Assembly: GCF_052425735.1 (NCBI RefSeq)
Contig: NC_135759.1
Coordinates: 30,814,001-30,878,000 of the forward strand
Length of the DNA: 64,000 nt
Reading direction: 5' to 3'
Source of the DNA: Oculina patagonica
Taxonomy: Eukaryota
The notes under the pieces were generated by a model. It ran no database searches. It was not told the origin of the DNA and saw only the letters and a program-made list of their open reading frames with translations. Positions 1 through 13,889 of the stretch are shown in pieces (positions within the stretch are counted from its first letter, which is position 1; the number at the start of each line of letters is the position of its first letter). The position numbers and the translations under genes are program-made.

Positions 1-1037
1 ACACCGGTATGAATCGGTTTTGATCGGCTCTTTTCAAACAGCACGTCGAAAGACGATGTCGAAAAATGAATGTAGAAAAATAGCTATGCATGTAACACTG
101 AAAGGGGGTGTAAATTTTATTCCATTTATACACACTATATCGACAAAAAAACAGATACTTTTCAAAATAAGGTTATATCTGGACAAGGGAGACCAGATTC
201 AAACAAACGTACCCGCCCAACTTTACCATCCCCTCCCTTTTAAAGAGCGTACAATAAATTTTTATCTTCTCTCTTGTCTTTTTTTGCTATGGGTAACCCA
301 AGTTGGCTGGTGGTCAAAGCCAACTAAGACAACTAAACTTATCACTGGCCTTATTCGATGCAACTGTTCTCAAATGCAAAAAAACAAAAAAACAAGCGAC
401 AATGGTGTCTTAACAGATAAAAGACAGTTGTCTCACCAACTCTGGGCTTTTAGGTCATTGGTCGACGGACCTACCTGAGCCAAATCGCCAAGGGAAAAGC
501 CCTGGGAACGAGGTTGCTACCTTGTACGGGTTACTTCCCTCAAATGAGAATTTTAGAGAATTTTTGAGAATTTTAATATACTTTTTATTTTTATTTATAT
601 TCAATGTTTATTTTTACACACGTACACATTCTAACGAGAACTGTATGTACTCCTAAGTGTCACGTGTATAAATAAAATTAGATTGATTCATTGATTGATT
701 CATTGATTGAGGGCGCTAGCCGCATTAAAGCTGACGATGAGACGAGGAAAGTTTTGTAAAATCATGTCAGATAACCAGAGATGCATGTAACACACGGTTG
801 GAAAAAACACTTCTCTGACTACCACAGTTATGAAAGGTTGGCATGCATGTGTTAGTATTACTCTTTACTCGCATCAGTAATTCAATTTTTGAGGGGTGTG
901 TACTACTTGAACGAAACAAAATTCGGTATAACAAACAAATTAATTAAAAAAGTAAATGAATATCTACATAAAGAAATGAAAAAGGTTAATGAAAAAATTT
1001 AAATGCTGTTTCGATGAATTGATGCAACTAACAAGAG

Positions 1038-1477
1038 CCCGGGGGTACTCGACATAATTTCTGGTAGGAAGGTGCGGCCCGGCCTCCTAAACCCTGACCC
1101 TGTTTAAGACACGAACCTCTGACTTTCCTACCCTGTTTAAGACAGAAGGCCAATTTTTGATACCCCGCATGGTCTAAGACATAAACAAGTACCTCACTGG
1201 CTTTGTTGTGATTGTGAATTAAGCTAAGTATCAATGCCGAAATCAACGTAAGTCAGAATACGGAAGAATTTGTGAAAAGTCGGCTTGTTACACCTCTGCA
1301 GGCATGTAAGCCTATCCTGTTTGACATTGGTCCATGCAAAGATACCCCATTTAAGACAAAAAAAGGTGAAATATATACCCCGTTCAAGACAGAAAAGCCT
1401 GAAAACCATACCCTATACCCATACCCGCACTTCCCCGTTAAACCCTAATAAGGGAGTGCCCTCCCCCCCCCCCCGGG
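1038..1477. mobile_element. MITE with CCCGGGGG termini (EnSpm/CMC-like, tentative)
   Basis: Starts CCCGGGGGTACTC and ends GAGTGCCCT(C)nCCCGGG; flanked by AG on both sides; internal repeats of CCCTGTTTAAGAC; no coding capacity. Confidence 0.55.
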
Positions 1478-1916
1478 AGAAAGAGAGACAGATATGTAAA
1501 ATGGTCATTTATCGAGCGATTTGTGAGTTCAGGCGTTGACCATTTCCAATATGTTCTCTACAGCGTTTATGTCTCTGCCTCTTTCCACTCATGTGTATAA
1601 ATGGATACTGACAGATAGCTGGAATGGAGCAATCTGACAAAGTGCTTGGGGGAGGAGTACTAAGTCACTTCACGTACATGGAAACCGTGTTAGTTACACC
1701 GATGAGCAATCTGCATGGCTCATCCGACAGATCCTGACCCCTTTGTCAGGACTAGAGCCGTTGAAATTCCCTGGCCTATCATGTAGAAAAGTCCAATCGA
1801 TACTGAGCCCGGCATGATAAAGGTGTTTCAGTTGCGGACTCTAACAAAATGGTTCAGTTGCCTTCTTGTTTCTCTTACCCAAGGTTTGGAAGAGGGTTGA
1901 ACTTTACCCTGAAAGC

Positions 1917-2873
1917 TCAGCCCGCCATAATTTGAGGATCATCTAGATTTGAAGGTGCTTGTGAGACAGTTGACTTTCTCGCTCGTCCCTCCCAGGTAGC
2001 AAGAAGAGGATGTATTCTCCCGAACGCTCGACGGAAACTACTCATTTGCCATGCGTACAAAAACTGGTTAGATGAAGAATTTACAAGTATTAGCAAATAC
2101 TGAAGGTCCCTACACCAGTGTATGACGTCACAACTGCACGTGCTGCATAGATTAATGACGTAGATCATAACACAAGATGGAAAACTGCATACAAAGAAAG
2201 ACAGTAAAATAAAAAAGAAACATTTCGTTACTTTCTTTTCTCTGAGAAGCCCTCGACGTTGCGCTGTCTGTCCGAGAGCAGATCGCATGTGTTTCTCGTG
2301 AGCGTTAAGACTCTTAACAATGCGAACGAAATAGCAAACTAGCAGTATAAGAGTTAAGATTATGGCTGTGTTGGCAAAAATGAAGGCCAACATGTAAAAG
2401 CCAGTGCCAAAGTAAAGAAAAGGCAAACCGCAGGATATAACCCATATAGCAATAGAAGCAGTTATAGCACTGGAGGAAGACAGTTTTCGTATGGTTGTAG
2501 AAGTCACAGCTAGATAGCGATCTGTTGCCAGTGCAGCTATACTCAACACTGAAGCAGTTGAGGTCATAAAATATGACATATAAACCAACCAACGAAGACC
2601 GAGGACTTCACGTGCCATTGCTTCGGAGCTGTGGTACCAAACAAACACCGGCTCGGTAACAATGCCAATGAATGAGTCCGCTATAGCCAGGTTCAAAATC
2701 AGATAGTTGAACGATGATTTGAGCTCGTTGTTTGGGTCTTTGATGATGGCCCAACAGATAAGCAAGTTGCCGGGGACTGTGATTACACACAAAATGGCCG
2801 AAACACAAGCAGTAGTGACGGACGTAGGAAATGGTGCCCATACATCGTCGCAGAGATTGGCTCCGAATGTCAT
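1917..2873 (-). CDS. Orphan class A (rhodopsin-like) GPCR, paralog 1, 318 aa, single coding exon
   Basis: Seven hydrophobic segments; GN in TM1, LAIAD in TM2, DRY after TM3, W in TM4, CSFP in TM6, NQFLY in TM7, FRRAF helix 8. Confidence 0.93.
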   Translation of the reverse strand: MTFGANLCDDVWAPFPTSVTTACVSAILCVITVPGNLLICWAIIKDPNNELKSSFNYLILNLAIADSFIGIVTEPVFVWYHSSEAMAREVLGLRWLVYMSYFMTSTASVLSIAALATDRYLAVTSTTIRKLSSSSAITASIAIWVISCGLPFLYFGTGFYMLAFIFANTAIILTLILLVCYFVRIVKSLNAHEKHMRSALGQTAQRRGLLREKKVTKCFFFILLSFFVCSFPSCVMIYVINLCSTCSCDVIHWCRDLQYLLILVNSSSNQFLYAWQMSSFRRAFGRIHPLLATWEGRARKSTVSQAPSNLDDPQIMAG

Positions 2874-4920
2874 CGCGAGTTAATTCACAACTGAATTCAG
2901 AATCCAACGAGTGCGGCGTTTTTTTCAGTTTAAATTATCTTGTCATCTATCATTTTCCGGAAATTTGCGGGACAGGTTTCTTCATCAAATCTCCTCTCCC
3001 ATTCAAAATCGGTTACCGCTTACTGAAGTGGCTTTTTTTACTTTGTTACAATTTGACGGTATCTCAGTCTCGTTATATCCCTGAAAGTAATAAAGATTAT
3101 CGATCACAACATGCAAAACCTATACGACAACTAGAAAAGAAAGTGGATTTAAAACTGCACAATAAATATCGAAAAAATAATTTCATTAATTCTGTGTTGG
3201 CTAGTCGTTGCAAAAATGGAGCACTTTTCTTTTCTGTTGTTGTTGTTGACATTTAGCAACTTAAAAGATGAACTGCTGTTTTTAAAACGAAATTATAACG
3301 TCTTACCGACGTATTTCTTTGCTTTGAATATTAGTTTTTTTTCACCTTTGGTCCGGCAAAGTTGAATTGTGTCAAAAATCCACTTATCCTTGTAGAAAAG
3401 CTTAAAGGCAGATGTTTTAGTTGGCTTAGCAATATTACTTGCGTGTTTTCGGTTGGTGATGAACATAAGTGACATTTTCCGGTTGAATTTGAATTAATTC
3501 TAACAAATATCCGATTTCAGTAAAATTTGTGTAATAACAAGCAGCTAGAACAGCTAGAGATCTTTACTTCCGAGATTTGCAGTGGTAAGAACCTGAGATG
3601 TACGCTAGGTAAAAAACAACTTCACGGTAAGGAGAGGGATTGTGTTAGATATAACAAATAATTACACAAGGAAATGTTAGGGGCAAAACTTACAAGCGCA
3701 GCTGCTGCCTGCGGTAGTACATTGTAAAGCGTTTCATAACATTTGGTGTGGTAAACATGTTAGGAAATTTACCGGATGGTGTGATAGGGATTAATTAAGA
3801 ATTTTGGCTTTTATCGACGACACAGGGACTCACCAGGACGCGTGTTTTTTTTTTCATGTATAATTCACAACTACAAGGCATTTATTTTCTGAAAATAAAC
3901 ACACAGAACAAATACATAGCTATTTGCTATAATTACTTGTATCATTGAAAGGAACTCGTTGTTATGGAAATTACATACGAAAATGAAGCAACACAAGATA
4001 AAAAATAATCGGAGCAACGACAATTGATTATAATCCGAAACTGAAATTAAAATTGGAATTTATAATGCAAACGAGTAAAAGCGATAAAGATCAAGTATTG
4101 ACACTGATGCGACACATCAATGAAGAAATGGAGAAGAATGGTTGTTCTACACATGCCAGGTAACTCCTTTAGTGTATGAGTGCGAAAGAGAAAGTAGACT
4201 TACAACAACAAAAACCCAGTAACTGAGGACGAAACTGATTATTGAAAACAAAACAGCATAATCCTTTCAGGCCTAAAGCGTATAATTTCGATTCAGTGTT
4301 TGTTATAGAGTTAATTACTTGAACAGTCCTCTCGTATGCAAACTAACAAGGGAGAATCTCCAACGGAACCATGGCTTTTTGTTTGCATGAAAATCTCGTA
4401 GACTTTTCCTCACATCTCTGAGCTTTATTGTCCATTTTATTCTATATTTAACGGCTTTCCTTTCGTGTTTAAGTTCATGATTGGTTAGGAATAATTGGCA
4501 ACACATTGCCGAAATAATTTTCATCAACAACTTTATTGGTTAGCGTCGTTCAGTGTCGATGGTAAGTGAGGGAAATAAAAGGTCTTTCACGGGATTTTAG
4601 TTCGCAGTGGGAGTTTAAAAGTATCCCCCCTCGAAAATTCACAACAGTACGGGACAAGACAACCTGAACACAAATGCAGTAACAAAACCAATAACAACAT
4701 CTAGATAAAATACAGCAGCCAGAAAAGAAGAAATCTTTGCCGAGGAAGATAAAAGCGCCAAACTTTTAGATCAAGCGCTCTTTTATCCGTCCTCCCCGCT
4801 CTTCTGGTAAAAAAAGAGAACCTGATCTCAGTTTTAGGATTGGGTTCTGAAAATTATAGTATCGAATAGTACTCTATACATGTAATTCCAGTAATATCAT
4901 ACGGTTTCGTCTTCTTTATT

Positions 4921-5842
4921 TTGGTGCCAAGAGAAATCTTTAACTCCCCACTCGGCAAAGTGCGAAGCAATGCTTCTGATGAGAAAACCGCATATCGGTC
5001 CTCTAAATTCGATCATTATCGGAGAAAATCGAATAGACTGGGTGAAACACACTCGCCTTTTGGGCGTCACTATCGATGACCGGCTGGCCTGGTCACATCA
5101 TCTTACAGATGTAAAAAAGAGTTTTGTGAACAAACTGAACCTCTTAAAGAGGAGTTCGCTCTTAAGGAGAGACGCCCTTCTGGATTTGTACTTTAAGGTC
5201 ATCCTGCCAGCAGTTCTTTATGGTCTTGTCGTCTGGGGCGGTTGTGTTAATGCAGAGCAACTAAATTCTTTGGAAGTGCTCCATTGTAGGGCGGCCAGAG
5301 TGATCAGTTACAACTTGCCCCGCGATATGCCATCCGCTGAAGTCTACCAGTACACGAAATGGAGCACACTAAACTACTTATACAAACTCCGGATAATTAA
5401 ACTATTTTACAGGGTGGTAAACGGTGAAGCACCAGCTGCATTGTCACACTTAGCGAAAAAAGCCAGAAGAAACAATAATATCGTGGTCCCTAGACTTAAT
5501 TCATACTTTGTAAAAAATTTAATTGGACATAGGGGGGCCATCCTATGGAATGCTGTTTCGTCGTATAATACAGGATCCCAATTTTCGGTTTTCTATCGAA
5601 AAGTGAAAAATGACAATTACATTAAGGAGCTTAATTTCAATGCTCAGTCGGTTCAGTCACTCCCTAGGCATTACAATGACTTTAAATGTTGTTAATTGTT
5701 ATGTAATTAATTATTTTTATATAAGTTACGATCCAATTTAGTATATAAGTATTTAGTAGTAATTTAGAAATATATTAGTTTATTAGTATTTAGTATAATA
5801 CACGACCCAACAAGCATTATGCTTTAAACCCTATCGTGTGTA

Positions 5843-5873
<31 letters not shown>
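4921..5873 (+). mobile_element. 5'-truncated non-LTR retrotransposon (CR1/L2-like): C-terminal part of the RT ORF, 3' UTR and (GAT)n tail
   Basis: ORF 4970-5695 has LLGVTIDDRLAW, LYFKVILPAVLYG..VW and RGAILWN, typical of the LINE ORF2 C-terminus. It is followed by an AT-rich UTR, a short stem-loop (CACGA...TCGTG) and about 10 GAT repeats at 5843-5873. Confidence 0.85.
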
Positions 5874-5874
<1 letters not shown>

Positions 5875-5997
5875 ACTTGCACTCCGTTTTTTGCTTACAT
5901 TATCTTTGTAACCTCCATCACAAAGCTAGGATAAATTCTTAGCGTTTATTTTATAAGAGAAAAAAATCTTCCTACATAATAATGTGAAAGCCTAGCC

Positions 5998-6340
5998 TAA
6001 TATATACTACTTATTACCGAGAGTGAGGTCATACGGGGATCCACGAGGCCTGAGATGACCGAGGAGCGGGCCACAGGCGAGAGATCCGTGACCGAACGGA
6101 CGAGAGTTAATGGCCTAGCGCACAAGCACCGGGTGAACCCCGCCTGTGGCCCCGCGCAACAGAAGATCGGAATGCATCTCAGGTGAAAAGATAGTACATG
6201 TCGGTATGTCGCGCAATGCGCAGTAGCTTCCACCAAAAAACCATGAAAAACCCCCGAGCCGAGAATCTATGCCCGGTCTTACAAGAAAAAGCCCGCCAGC
6301 AGCCAATCAGAGCGCGCGTACTATTGTAGCCATATAATAA
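5998..6340. repeat. Interspersed repeat, unclassified (GC-richer block)
   Basis: Abrupt GC shift, bounded by TATATACTACTTATT and GCCAATCAGAGCGCGCG..ATATAATAA; resembles repeats recalled from cnidarian genomes; no TSD confirmed. Confidence 0.4.
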
Positions 6341-7028
6341 TATGAGTTAATTGAATTTGTGAGAAAGTACCAGAAACTGAAAGAACTTGTATAACCTTTA
6401 CCTGTGGCTGGGTTTACTTTCACTTTGCAAATAGGACAATCGGTGTTTTTTCTGAAAGTACTAACATTCAGTCCTATACCCAAGCAAACAGAAGTTACAA
6501 AATTCTCGACAATAAATGTAACCAAATTTCCACAATAGCTTATTTTGAAAAAGCGCGATTTCCTTGGCTGGGAGTATCCGTGACAGCACTTATAGAGGAT
6601 AATTGATTATTATTGGGAGGGCAGGGAAGCGGCAAGTAAAAACTTCTTGACTGAATGCCGAACGCTGAATGCGGCAACGCTATCATGATTTCAGGGTTTA
6701 TTTTAAGTCTAGCTGGGGTTATCAAACAAGAAGCCACCTCTACAGGTGTATTAGGGTGGATTCTCTCGAGGAAGAAAAGTACACGAAATGTCTTCTTCCT
6801 TTAGGAAACACGTGTTGACTGGTTCAGTTTGTTCTTCCATGCTGTTTTCTAACTGTTTCGTTATCTTCAATAATTAACGCAGAAATCACCACTGCATTCA
6901 GGGTTCCTCCCGGTATTCCGCTGCACTGTATTTGTTTATCGTGTCCCCTCAAATAATACCACCCGCGTGAATACTCATGGCTCAGGGACTAATTTTGCTA
7001 GACTTGTTACCCTTCAGTGCACGCTATT

Positions 7029-8090
7029 CTAAAATGGTAAGAAGCTTTCTTCTTTAGCTAAAGTTATTGGATTTGTTTCACCGATCTCATCTATGGCCAC
7101 TAAACGAAGGTTGCCAGGTTCCAGAGGAATCAGTTCCATTTCATCTGCAGAATTAGAGTCAGCGGTAATCAGTCCATTAGTGTTGATGATCGGCGCAGTG
7201 ACCTGGTACGAGACTGTCTGGCACAAAACCGCTGAAATTGCTCGGCGAAAGTTCCGTACTTTCCAGGCATACAGAAACTGATTTAAAGAGCAGTTCACCA
7301 ACGGGAATAAAAACTGCAGGTCCCTCAGCCAATGAATAAACATGCAGTCACATTCGTCACAAAAATTGATGACGTAAATCATGATAAATGACGGTAGCAA
7401 ACACACAAGGAATATTGCTAGAATAGTGTAGAAAGCTCGTGTTAGATTTCTCTCCATTGATATGGCGTCCAGCTTGATTTGAGTCTGTTTAAACCAGTGC
7501 CAGCGAGAGATTTGAGCTTTTAATCTTTGATGGATGCGGATGTACGAAAACGTTAATATACTGATTATTATGACGAGAGCGGTGTTCGTGAATATAAACG
7601 CAAACAAGTAAAATCCAGTGATGAAGTAAAGGCATGGTAGTGAAACAGATATCACCCATATCAAGACCGATATCATGACGATTGTTTTGGTTGATAAGAG
7701 CCTCTTGTAGTAAGACATCACTGTTAGATATCTGTCCAGGGTTAGCGCAGCAAGACTCAACAACGACGCTGTGTATGAAATAAAAAACGTCAAGTGAATA
7801 ATCCAAATGTTTTCCATGACCGGGTATTTCATGGCTTCCCGAATGTGGAACACAATAAACACCGGTTCAGTCAAAGCTCCAACGACCAGATCGCTAATAG
7901 CCAACTGCAGAACGAAATAGTTGAATGAAGTCTTTAGTTCTTTATAAGGATCCTTAATTATTGCCACACAAACTAGAACATTTCCAGGCACAGTGACCAG
8001 GCAAAGTACCACAGATACCGACGCCGTGAACACGGACAGGGTAAATGGCGGCCAAATTTCTTCACATAAATGCTTGATAAAAGGCATCAT
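7029..8090 (-). CDS. Orphan class A GPCR, paralog 2, 353 aa, single coding exon
   Basis: 7TM with GN, LAISD, DRY, CLLP, NQFLY; clearly paralogous to 1917-2873 and 14876-15952. Probable 5' UTR splice acceptor (ttttaacAG) at 8124-8125. Confidence 0.93.
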   Translation of the reverse strand: MMPFIKHLCEEIWPPFTLSVFTASVSVVLCLVTVPGNVLVCVAIIKDPYKELKTSFNYFVLQLAISDLVVGALTEPVFIVFHIREAMKYPVMENIWIIHLTFFISYTASLLSLAALTLDRYLTVMSYYKRLLSTKTIVMISVLIWVISVSLPCLYFITGFYLFAFIFTNTALVIIISILTFSYIRIHQRLKAQISRWHWFKQTQIKLDAISMERNLTRAFYTILAIFLVCLLPSFIMIYVINFCDECDCMFIHWLRDLQFLFPLVNCSLNQFLYAWKVRNFRRAISAVLCQTVSYQVTAPIINTNGLITADSNSADEMELIPLEPGNLRLVAIDEIGETNPITLAKEESFLPF

Positions 8091-8184
8091 TCTAGGCTTG
8101 GTTCAGTTCACCAGCATTTTCACCTGTTAAAAAAACATTAGTTCAGCATACCTTAGAAAATTTAACTGCCACTGTATTAATTCA

Positions 8185-8291
8185 TAGCCTGCATAGCTGG
8201 CGGTATTGTTGGGTTTTAATGCGTTGTCGCGGCTTCGCCGCTTACTTGTGCGCGCTATAAAACCCAACAATACCGCTAGCTACGCAGGCTA
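8185..8291. mobile_element. 107-bp palindromic MITE (TAGCCTGC...GCAGGCTA) with 9-bp TSD
   Basis: About 35-bp near-perfect TIRs; ATTAATTCA at 8176-8184 and 8292-8300. Same family as 55134-55303. Confidence 0.85.
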
Positions 8292-11200
8292 ATTAATTCA
8301 GTGAAGATACAATAGCCTGTTGAACAGGGAGCCTCGCGAGGCGTGCGAGAAGTACGTGACGGCCGCGCGCGTTCGCACTCTACTGAGAATCCCGCGATAT
8401 CGTTCATCCTCACTAATGTAATGATAGTCACTGTGCAGAAAGATAATCTCGTGGCATGTTTTTTTTTTCAGCTTAGATTCATTTAGATGCAAAACGAATG
8501 TCTTTGATTGGCTGGCACATACCGAAACAGCTGTAATGATTTCGTGGAAAATTGCTTTCAAAGTGCGTCTGCGAAGAACAGTCCTTTGTCTGATGGGATT
8601 GCTTAGGCAGGCCGATAGCAGTGCAGATTTATTTGCAACATAAACATCTACTGAAAAGCACATGAACCTGCTTTTTTCATCACGGGGATGTTTAATTGTT
8701 CTTGCATCAATTAATCGCATTCCAATGTGATATACTCACTGCCACTGTGGATTTCAACTGCTACTAGTCACGGAACTACTTTACTTGATTGTTGTTCGAT
8801 TTAAATTCTCACTTAACCTTAACGTTTTAGTAATAGATATTTTGCGAAAGTGAAGAAGCTTCAAGAGTAGTTTATGCGATAGGCGGCAAGCAGAGGTTCC
8901 GGCTCAAGCTATGAAACGTCACGTGATACGAGCCTAACGCTTTCCTCCTGACCCCCCCCCAAAAAAAAGAAAAAAGCTCGTAAATCTTTGCTGATTTTGT
9001 GGTTGTGGCGAACGATGAAGGGCTGCTTCAATGACAGGCTGTTATCTTTAAGAGTCAAGTGCAAAACAAGTGTTGATTAATCACGCGTACGAATATTTTG
9101 ATGAAAAGCTCGGTTTTGAATCTCAACATTAGTGAAACGGTTTAATATGCCAAGCCGCCCAGGCCAGGGCAAAAAAGAAGCATCGAATCCGAAATTTGGA
9201 ATTAATTTTGTTGCCTTATATTTTAAGATTTTCCGTTAGACGTACTGCGATTCGTTGCAATCTATGTAAAGGTTATTTCCTACGTACAACTTAGAAAAAA
9301 CCTCGAGTGAATATGCTTGTTTTCTTTTTTTTTTGAGTGTTATGAAGTTTGACATTCCAGGATCAGTTTATATCAGTTATATCAATTATCGGCAAAGAGT
9401 TAGGCGCGCTTTGAGGCATGTTTATTTTGGATTATGTAATTTCGCAAGGACCAATGCCACGTGATAAGAAAGGTAAATTGCAAAGAGCATTTTTTTTATT
9501 CTCGTGGTACGGATGCAGTATTTATTTTATGGGGTGGCTGACCTAATAAGAGAGAAGTGGGAGTATTCGTGGAGTAACAGGTTTGTCAGGTTTGTGAAAG
9601 GGTGGAGCGGGAGCTTAAATCTTATTTTTATTATGTGGTAAGTGAAGATGGTAAAAGGGTAGGTCAAGCTTTCGTATTTCGTTCCTTTCTGAGGTTTTCA
9701 CAGGAAATTCTCACACCTTAGCTTAGCAGACCTATTCAACTATTCTTCAACTGAAAAACGAGATACAAAATATCTGTGAGAAAATTCCCGATTCCGTGAT
9801 TCCAGGTAACCCAAAGTTTTCACCCGGTGAGCGATGAGAGCCATTGTTTGGCGGTCTTGAAATCCAAATCAGACAGAATGTTTACATAACTATTGAAGGG
9901 AGTGCTGACTATTTACAAAGTATTGGAATCGACCTGACCTTATCAGTTTTAAAACAAAAGTAGTTTTATAGCTCAGCGCGAGACGACTGTACGCGTCTGT
10001 TGCGAATGAATTTTTTGCTTTCCTTTTGCTAGTTTTGGCAGTACTTCTCCCTCGGACTTCTCTCAAGCCCACTCAAACAGAAATGTCACGCAAACATCAA
10101 TTACATGTAATCGAAGGTTGACGTGACGGGTAAAAATAGAACAAAGAATAGAAAGAGGTCTTGGTTTGACAGGCGCTAGGCGCGAGATACTGTATGATGA
10201 AATCATCGATTTGATCTTGCATCAACGTTTTAAAACAAATGTTGTTTTAGTTAAAGATGATTTCGCAAGTTATAATAACCTCCGACGAATCGGGTTTCTT
10301 GCAATTCATGCACAATAAGATCTATTTTAGGAGAATAATTCAGCCGGGCATTCGTGCATGCAGGGATCGACCTCTTTCAAACATTTGCCTGAAAATATAA
10401 AATGTTTTACCTACCATCACTGATCCCGCTGTTAATACTGTGACAGACAGTGGAATCCTTCTATTTGTGCCAATTTATTCGAGCTGATGCGCCACCCTAT
10501 CACTGGACAGCCATTTTCTCGCTGCAAATTATATTAAACGGTTTACATCTCCAAGCGCTGTCTCTATTAAGTATTATCAGCACTTGATTTGACCATCCGT
10601 CATCTGCACAATATTGGGTGTCACAAAAATATCTGGATTATCTCTAACTATAAAGCTTCACTGCTGAGATGAGATTCAACTGAACTGAGCTCGGTGTGCT
10701 GGCGCGGCCGCAGAATCAGCGACGCGTATTTTTATCCTGGAGTTACTATATATGGTATCTCAGGGGAGGAAAAAAAGCTTTAAAACTGACAGGGTAAGAA
10801 AAATGTTTGTTTTTTATAGCATAGAAAAACAGTTGATAATAATTGTTGTCTAGAAATAACCAGTCGGATAGACGGCTTGACCTGGTGCGCGCGTGAGCGC
10901 GAACCTGACAAGACATGTACGGTACCCGTGTTTATCGCAGTGTTTATCGTGCAACGAGACTGCCTTGAGCGCTAAGTAGAAAGCTATAGAAAGACAAGAA
11001 AGGCGCAATTGTTAAGATTCAAACAGAACAACACTTGTTGGCATGGTATACGTCCAAACACAGAATAAATACACATTTGGTATTCACATTTTCCAGCTTC
11101 GCCAAGCGCAAGAAAAACTTACAAAGTAATTATGTCTAAGATCTCTAGATCAGAGTAGTAGCTGAGTATTCCACTGGTAATGCGCTTTTTCTAACTTTAA

Positions 11201-13889
11201 ACAACACAATCACTACAGTGACTGAATAACTCACCCTAATCTCAAATGTTGCTTTTCCAGTCTTTATTGATGCTACGATAATATACTGAACAAAAGCTAC
11301 GTTTGGGTACCTGTGGTATGCCATTAATGAATTCCGAAAATTCCTTGAAATAGCTAGAGTTCAGTAAAAACTTTAATTTCCGCTCTTTTTGTATAGACCT
11401 AGACAGGACAGGAAAGATTATTACATCGAGAACAGTATAATAACACTGATCAGGTCTACTTTTATCTATTAAAGGCTGATTAAAGATAGGCAGATTGCTT
11501 TTTGTAAAACTACCTTGGACCTTGCTTTTGTACACAAAGTACCAAGTACACTCACCTTAATTCTGGAATTGGCAGGAATCTATATTTCAAAGGGATCGGT
11601 ATGCTCGTCGGAGACCCATTTGAGTGTGGGTGAAACTTTCTTTGACCATAAAAAACAATTCTCTTGCCTGATTGGTCTAATCCGCCAATTATGGCGGAGA
11701 TTTTTATTTCTTCATGTCTAGCCCTTGACGAGCTGAAAATATTTGAACACCCCAAGTGAGATAAGAAATTCGCAATATAGACCTCATAAACGAAACGGCG
11801 AACATCCCCGTCTATTTCATATGCGTCTTAAAATTATTTCATATGCCCCTCCCTCCCCCTAACCCAGGGACCTTATGCTGTGGTGCGAAGCGAAAGAGAA
11901 CTCAATTAAGCGTTAAGCCGGATTACTGCCGATTATAAGCCTTTTTTATGTGTTACGTAATTATTACTTCAGTATTGGGTGGGTACAAAACAAAGACCGA
12001 AGACCTAAGACCCAAATGTGGACAGGAAAATGGTCTTGAACAGATATGTCTTTTTAAGGTATACAATCATACCCCCTAGCATATGAGACCTGATTAACCA
12101 CCCCTATAACTTTTGCAACTTTTTCCTCTTTCAATTTTAAAATTAAGTAAATATCTGACAACAACCCACACATTAAGAGCTGCAAATTAAGCTATAGTTT
12201 AGGGGTATACCCAAAATATAGGCGGAATGAGATGTTTTTTAATGTTGTATTTTTTTGGTTTTGTCACCTTTTGAATTGAAACAGTGACCTCCTCTGGGTC
12301 TGTTAGTATGATTTATGACATACCAGAAACAATACTTTTCAAATGGTATATTGTATGTGGTCTTTGGGTCCATAGTTACCGTTTTACAAAAATGTGGTAT
12401 TTCCCATGGGAGTGAAAGGGTAAAGGGGGGTTATGTACAAAACAAAGACCCTGGTCAAACGTCCGGTCGAGAGTCATGTCCGAGACTCTTTCATTCCAGA
12501 CGATTCTGACGGGGTCTTCGTTTTGTACTTTTGGTGGGGCTAGGTACAAAATATAGACTCTAGTAAATTTGATGACAATGTCTGATTTTTATTTCCAGCG
12601 ATTTAAAGGCCTTTTTTGTTGTTTGTGTTTTTATTAATATTCTGAAGTAATCTAGAAAGTTCGTATTTGATAAAAATATTTCTGAGCAATTAAATTATTT
12701 TTTAAAATTTGAATATCAGTGAAGAGGAACAGAATTCTTTGTTATTGTAGTCGTTGGATGACTGATTCGATAACATACTTGTTTATTGAATTCAATATTT
12801 TTAAACGAATCATCTTAATCTCCACGACTAGACGCTACTTTGTGATTACGACAAGTCACGACTGCACTAGAGTGCCCCTGGGAACAAATTATTTGCATCC
12901 CTGTGGAATAAAACCGGATATAGGTGTTAGACACTGCAGACAAATCAATCTTCAAACTTAAGTGCGTTGCTACAACAGCCTGTATCGACTGAAGGACTAC
13001 GTTGCGTCCATCTATCCATTGCGAACAAAAACAGTGCTAGTCACAAGACGAATCGTGCAGAGGTAGGAAATATTACTATTCGTAACTTCACCCTTACCTT
13101 TCCTATATTTGTATTTTGTCCAGGGTTTGTTATAAAACTCACGCATTACGACATCACTGCCACCCGTACGTGATTGCGCTCACTGCAAAGCCGATTAAAA
13201 ATATTACTTATAATTTCCAGATAATTGCTATTTGCATCTCACTTTTAAGAGCGGAGAAGACGCCAACAATGTGAATAACTCGATTCCCTGGTACGAAATA
13301 CTCGAAGCACAGTCGCAAATTCAGTCTTGTGGAGACAAGTTTTTCGTGCAAGTTTTAGATTATATTTTCAGTCTGGAGTTTTCTGAAGCGTGAACTTTGA
13401 CGCATGTTAGTTGTCTTCGTCTCTTTTATCGACTAAGCTCTTGACTACCACCAGCCTAGATTCTATGACTTCTATCTAGTATCTGTGCAACTGATGCCAG
13501 TGGCTGCTTTTATTAAAACAAAAGCACACACATGCTTTGCTTTTCTAAAGAAACTTATCACGAGCATGATAATTTTTGGATTGCATTATGGGAATATTTC
13601 TTTTGTACATGAACAATAGATTTCCTTTCAGCGAACAATGATCGGACAGACCCAATTGTTAGTTGAATTACTGTCTGTGCAAAGAACCCTTCCAATCCAC
13701 GGAAAAGTTTTTCTAGAACAAATATCCGTTACAGGTTCTGATTGTGAAGTGATATTACAATAATTTTGAGTTTTTAACTTTTTGCACATTCTTTCTTTAA
13801 GCTGAAGTTTTCTGTATAAAGTTCAGGGGACATTTAAATGGATAAAAGCGAGCAAATATAAGTAGAGCAGACACCATTGTAAATGAATA

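Noticed and set aside
20-478. 152-aa ORF, and other 100-141 aa ORFs (2831, 8298, 25090, 26748, 35911)
   Set aside because: No recognisable domains, mostly non-ATG starts, low-complexity or repeat-derived sequence, and no supporting splice structure.
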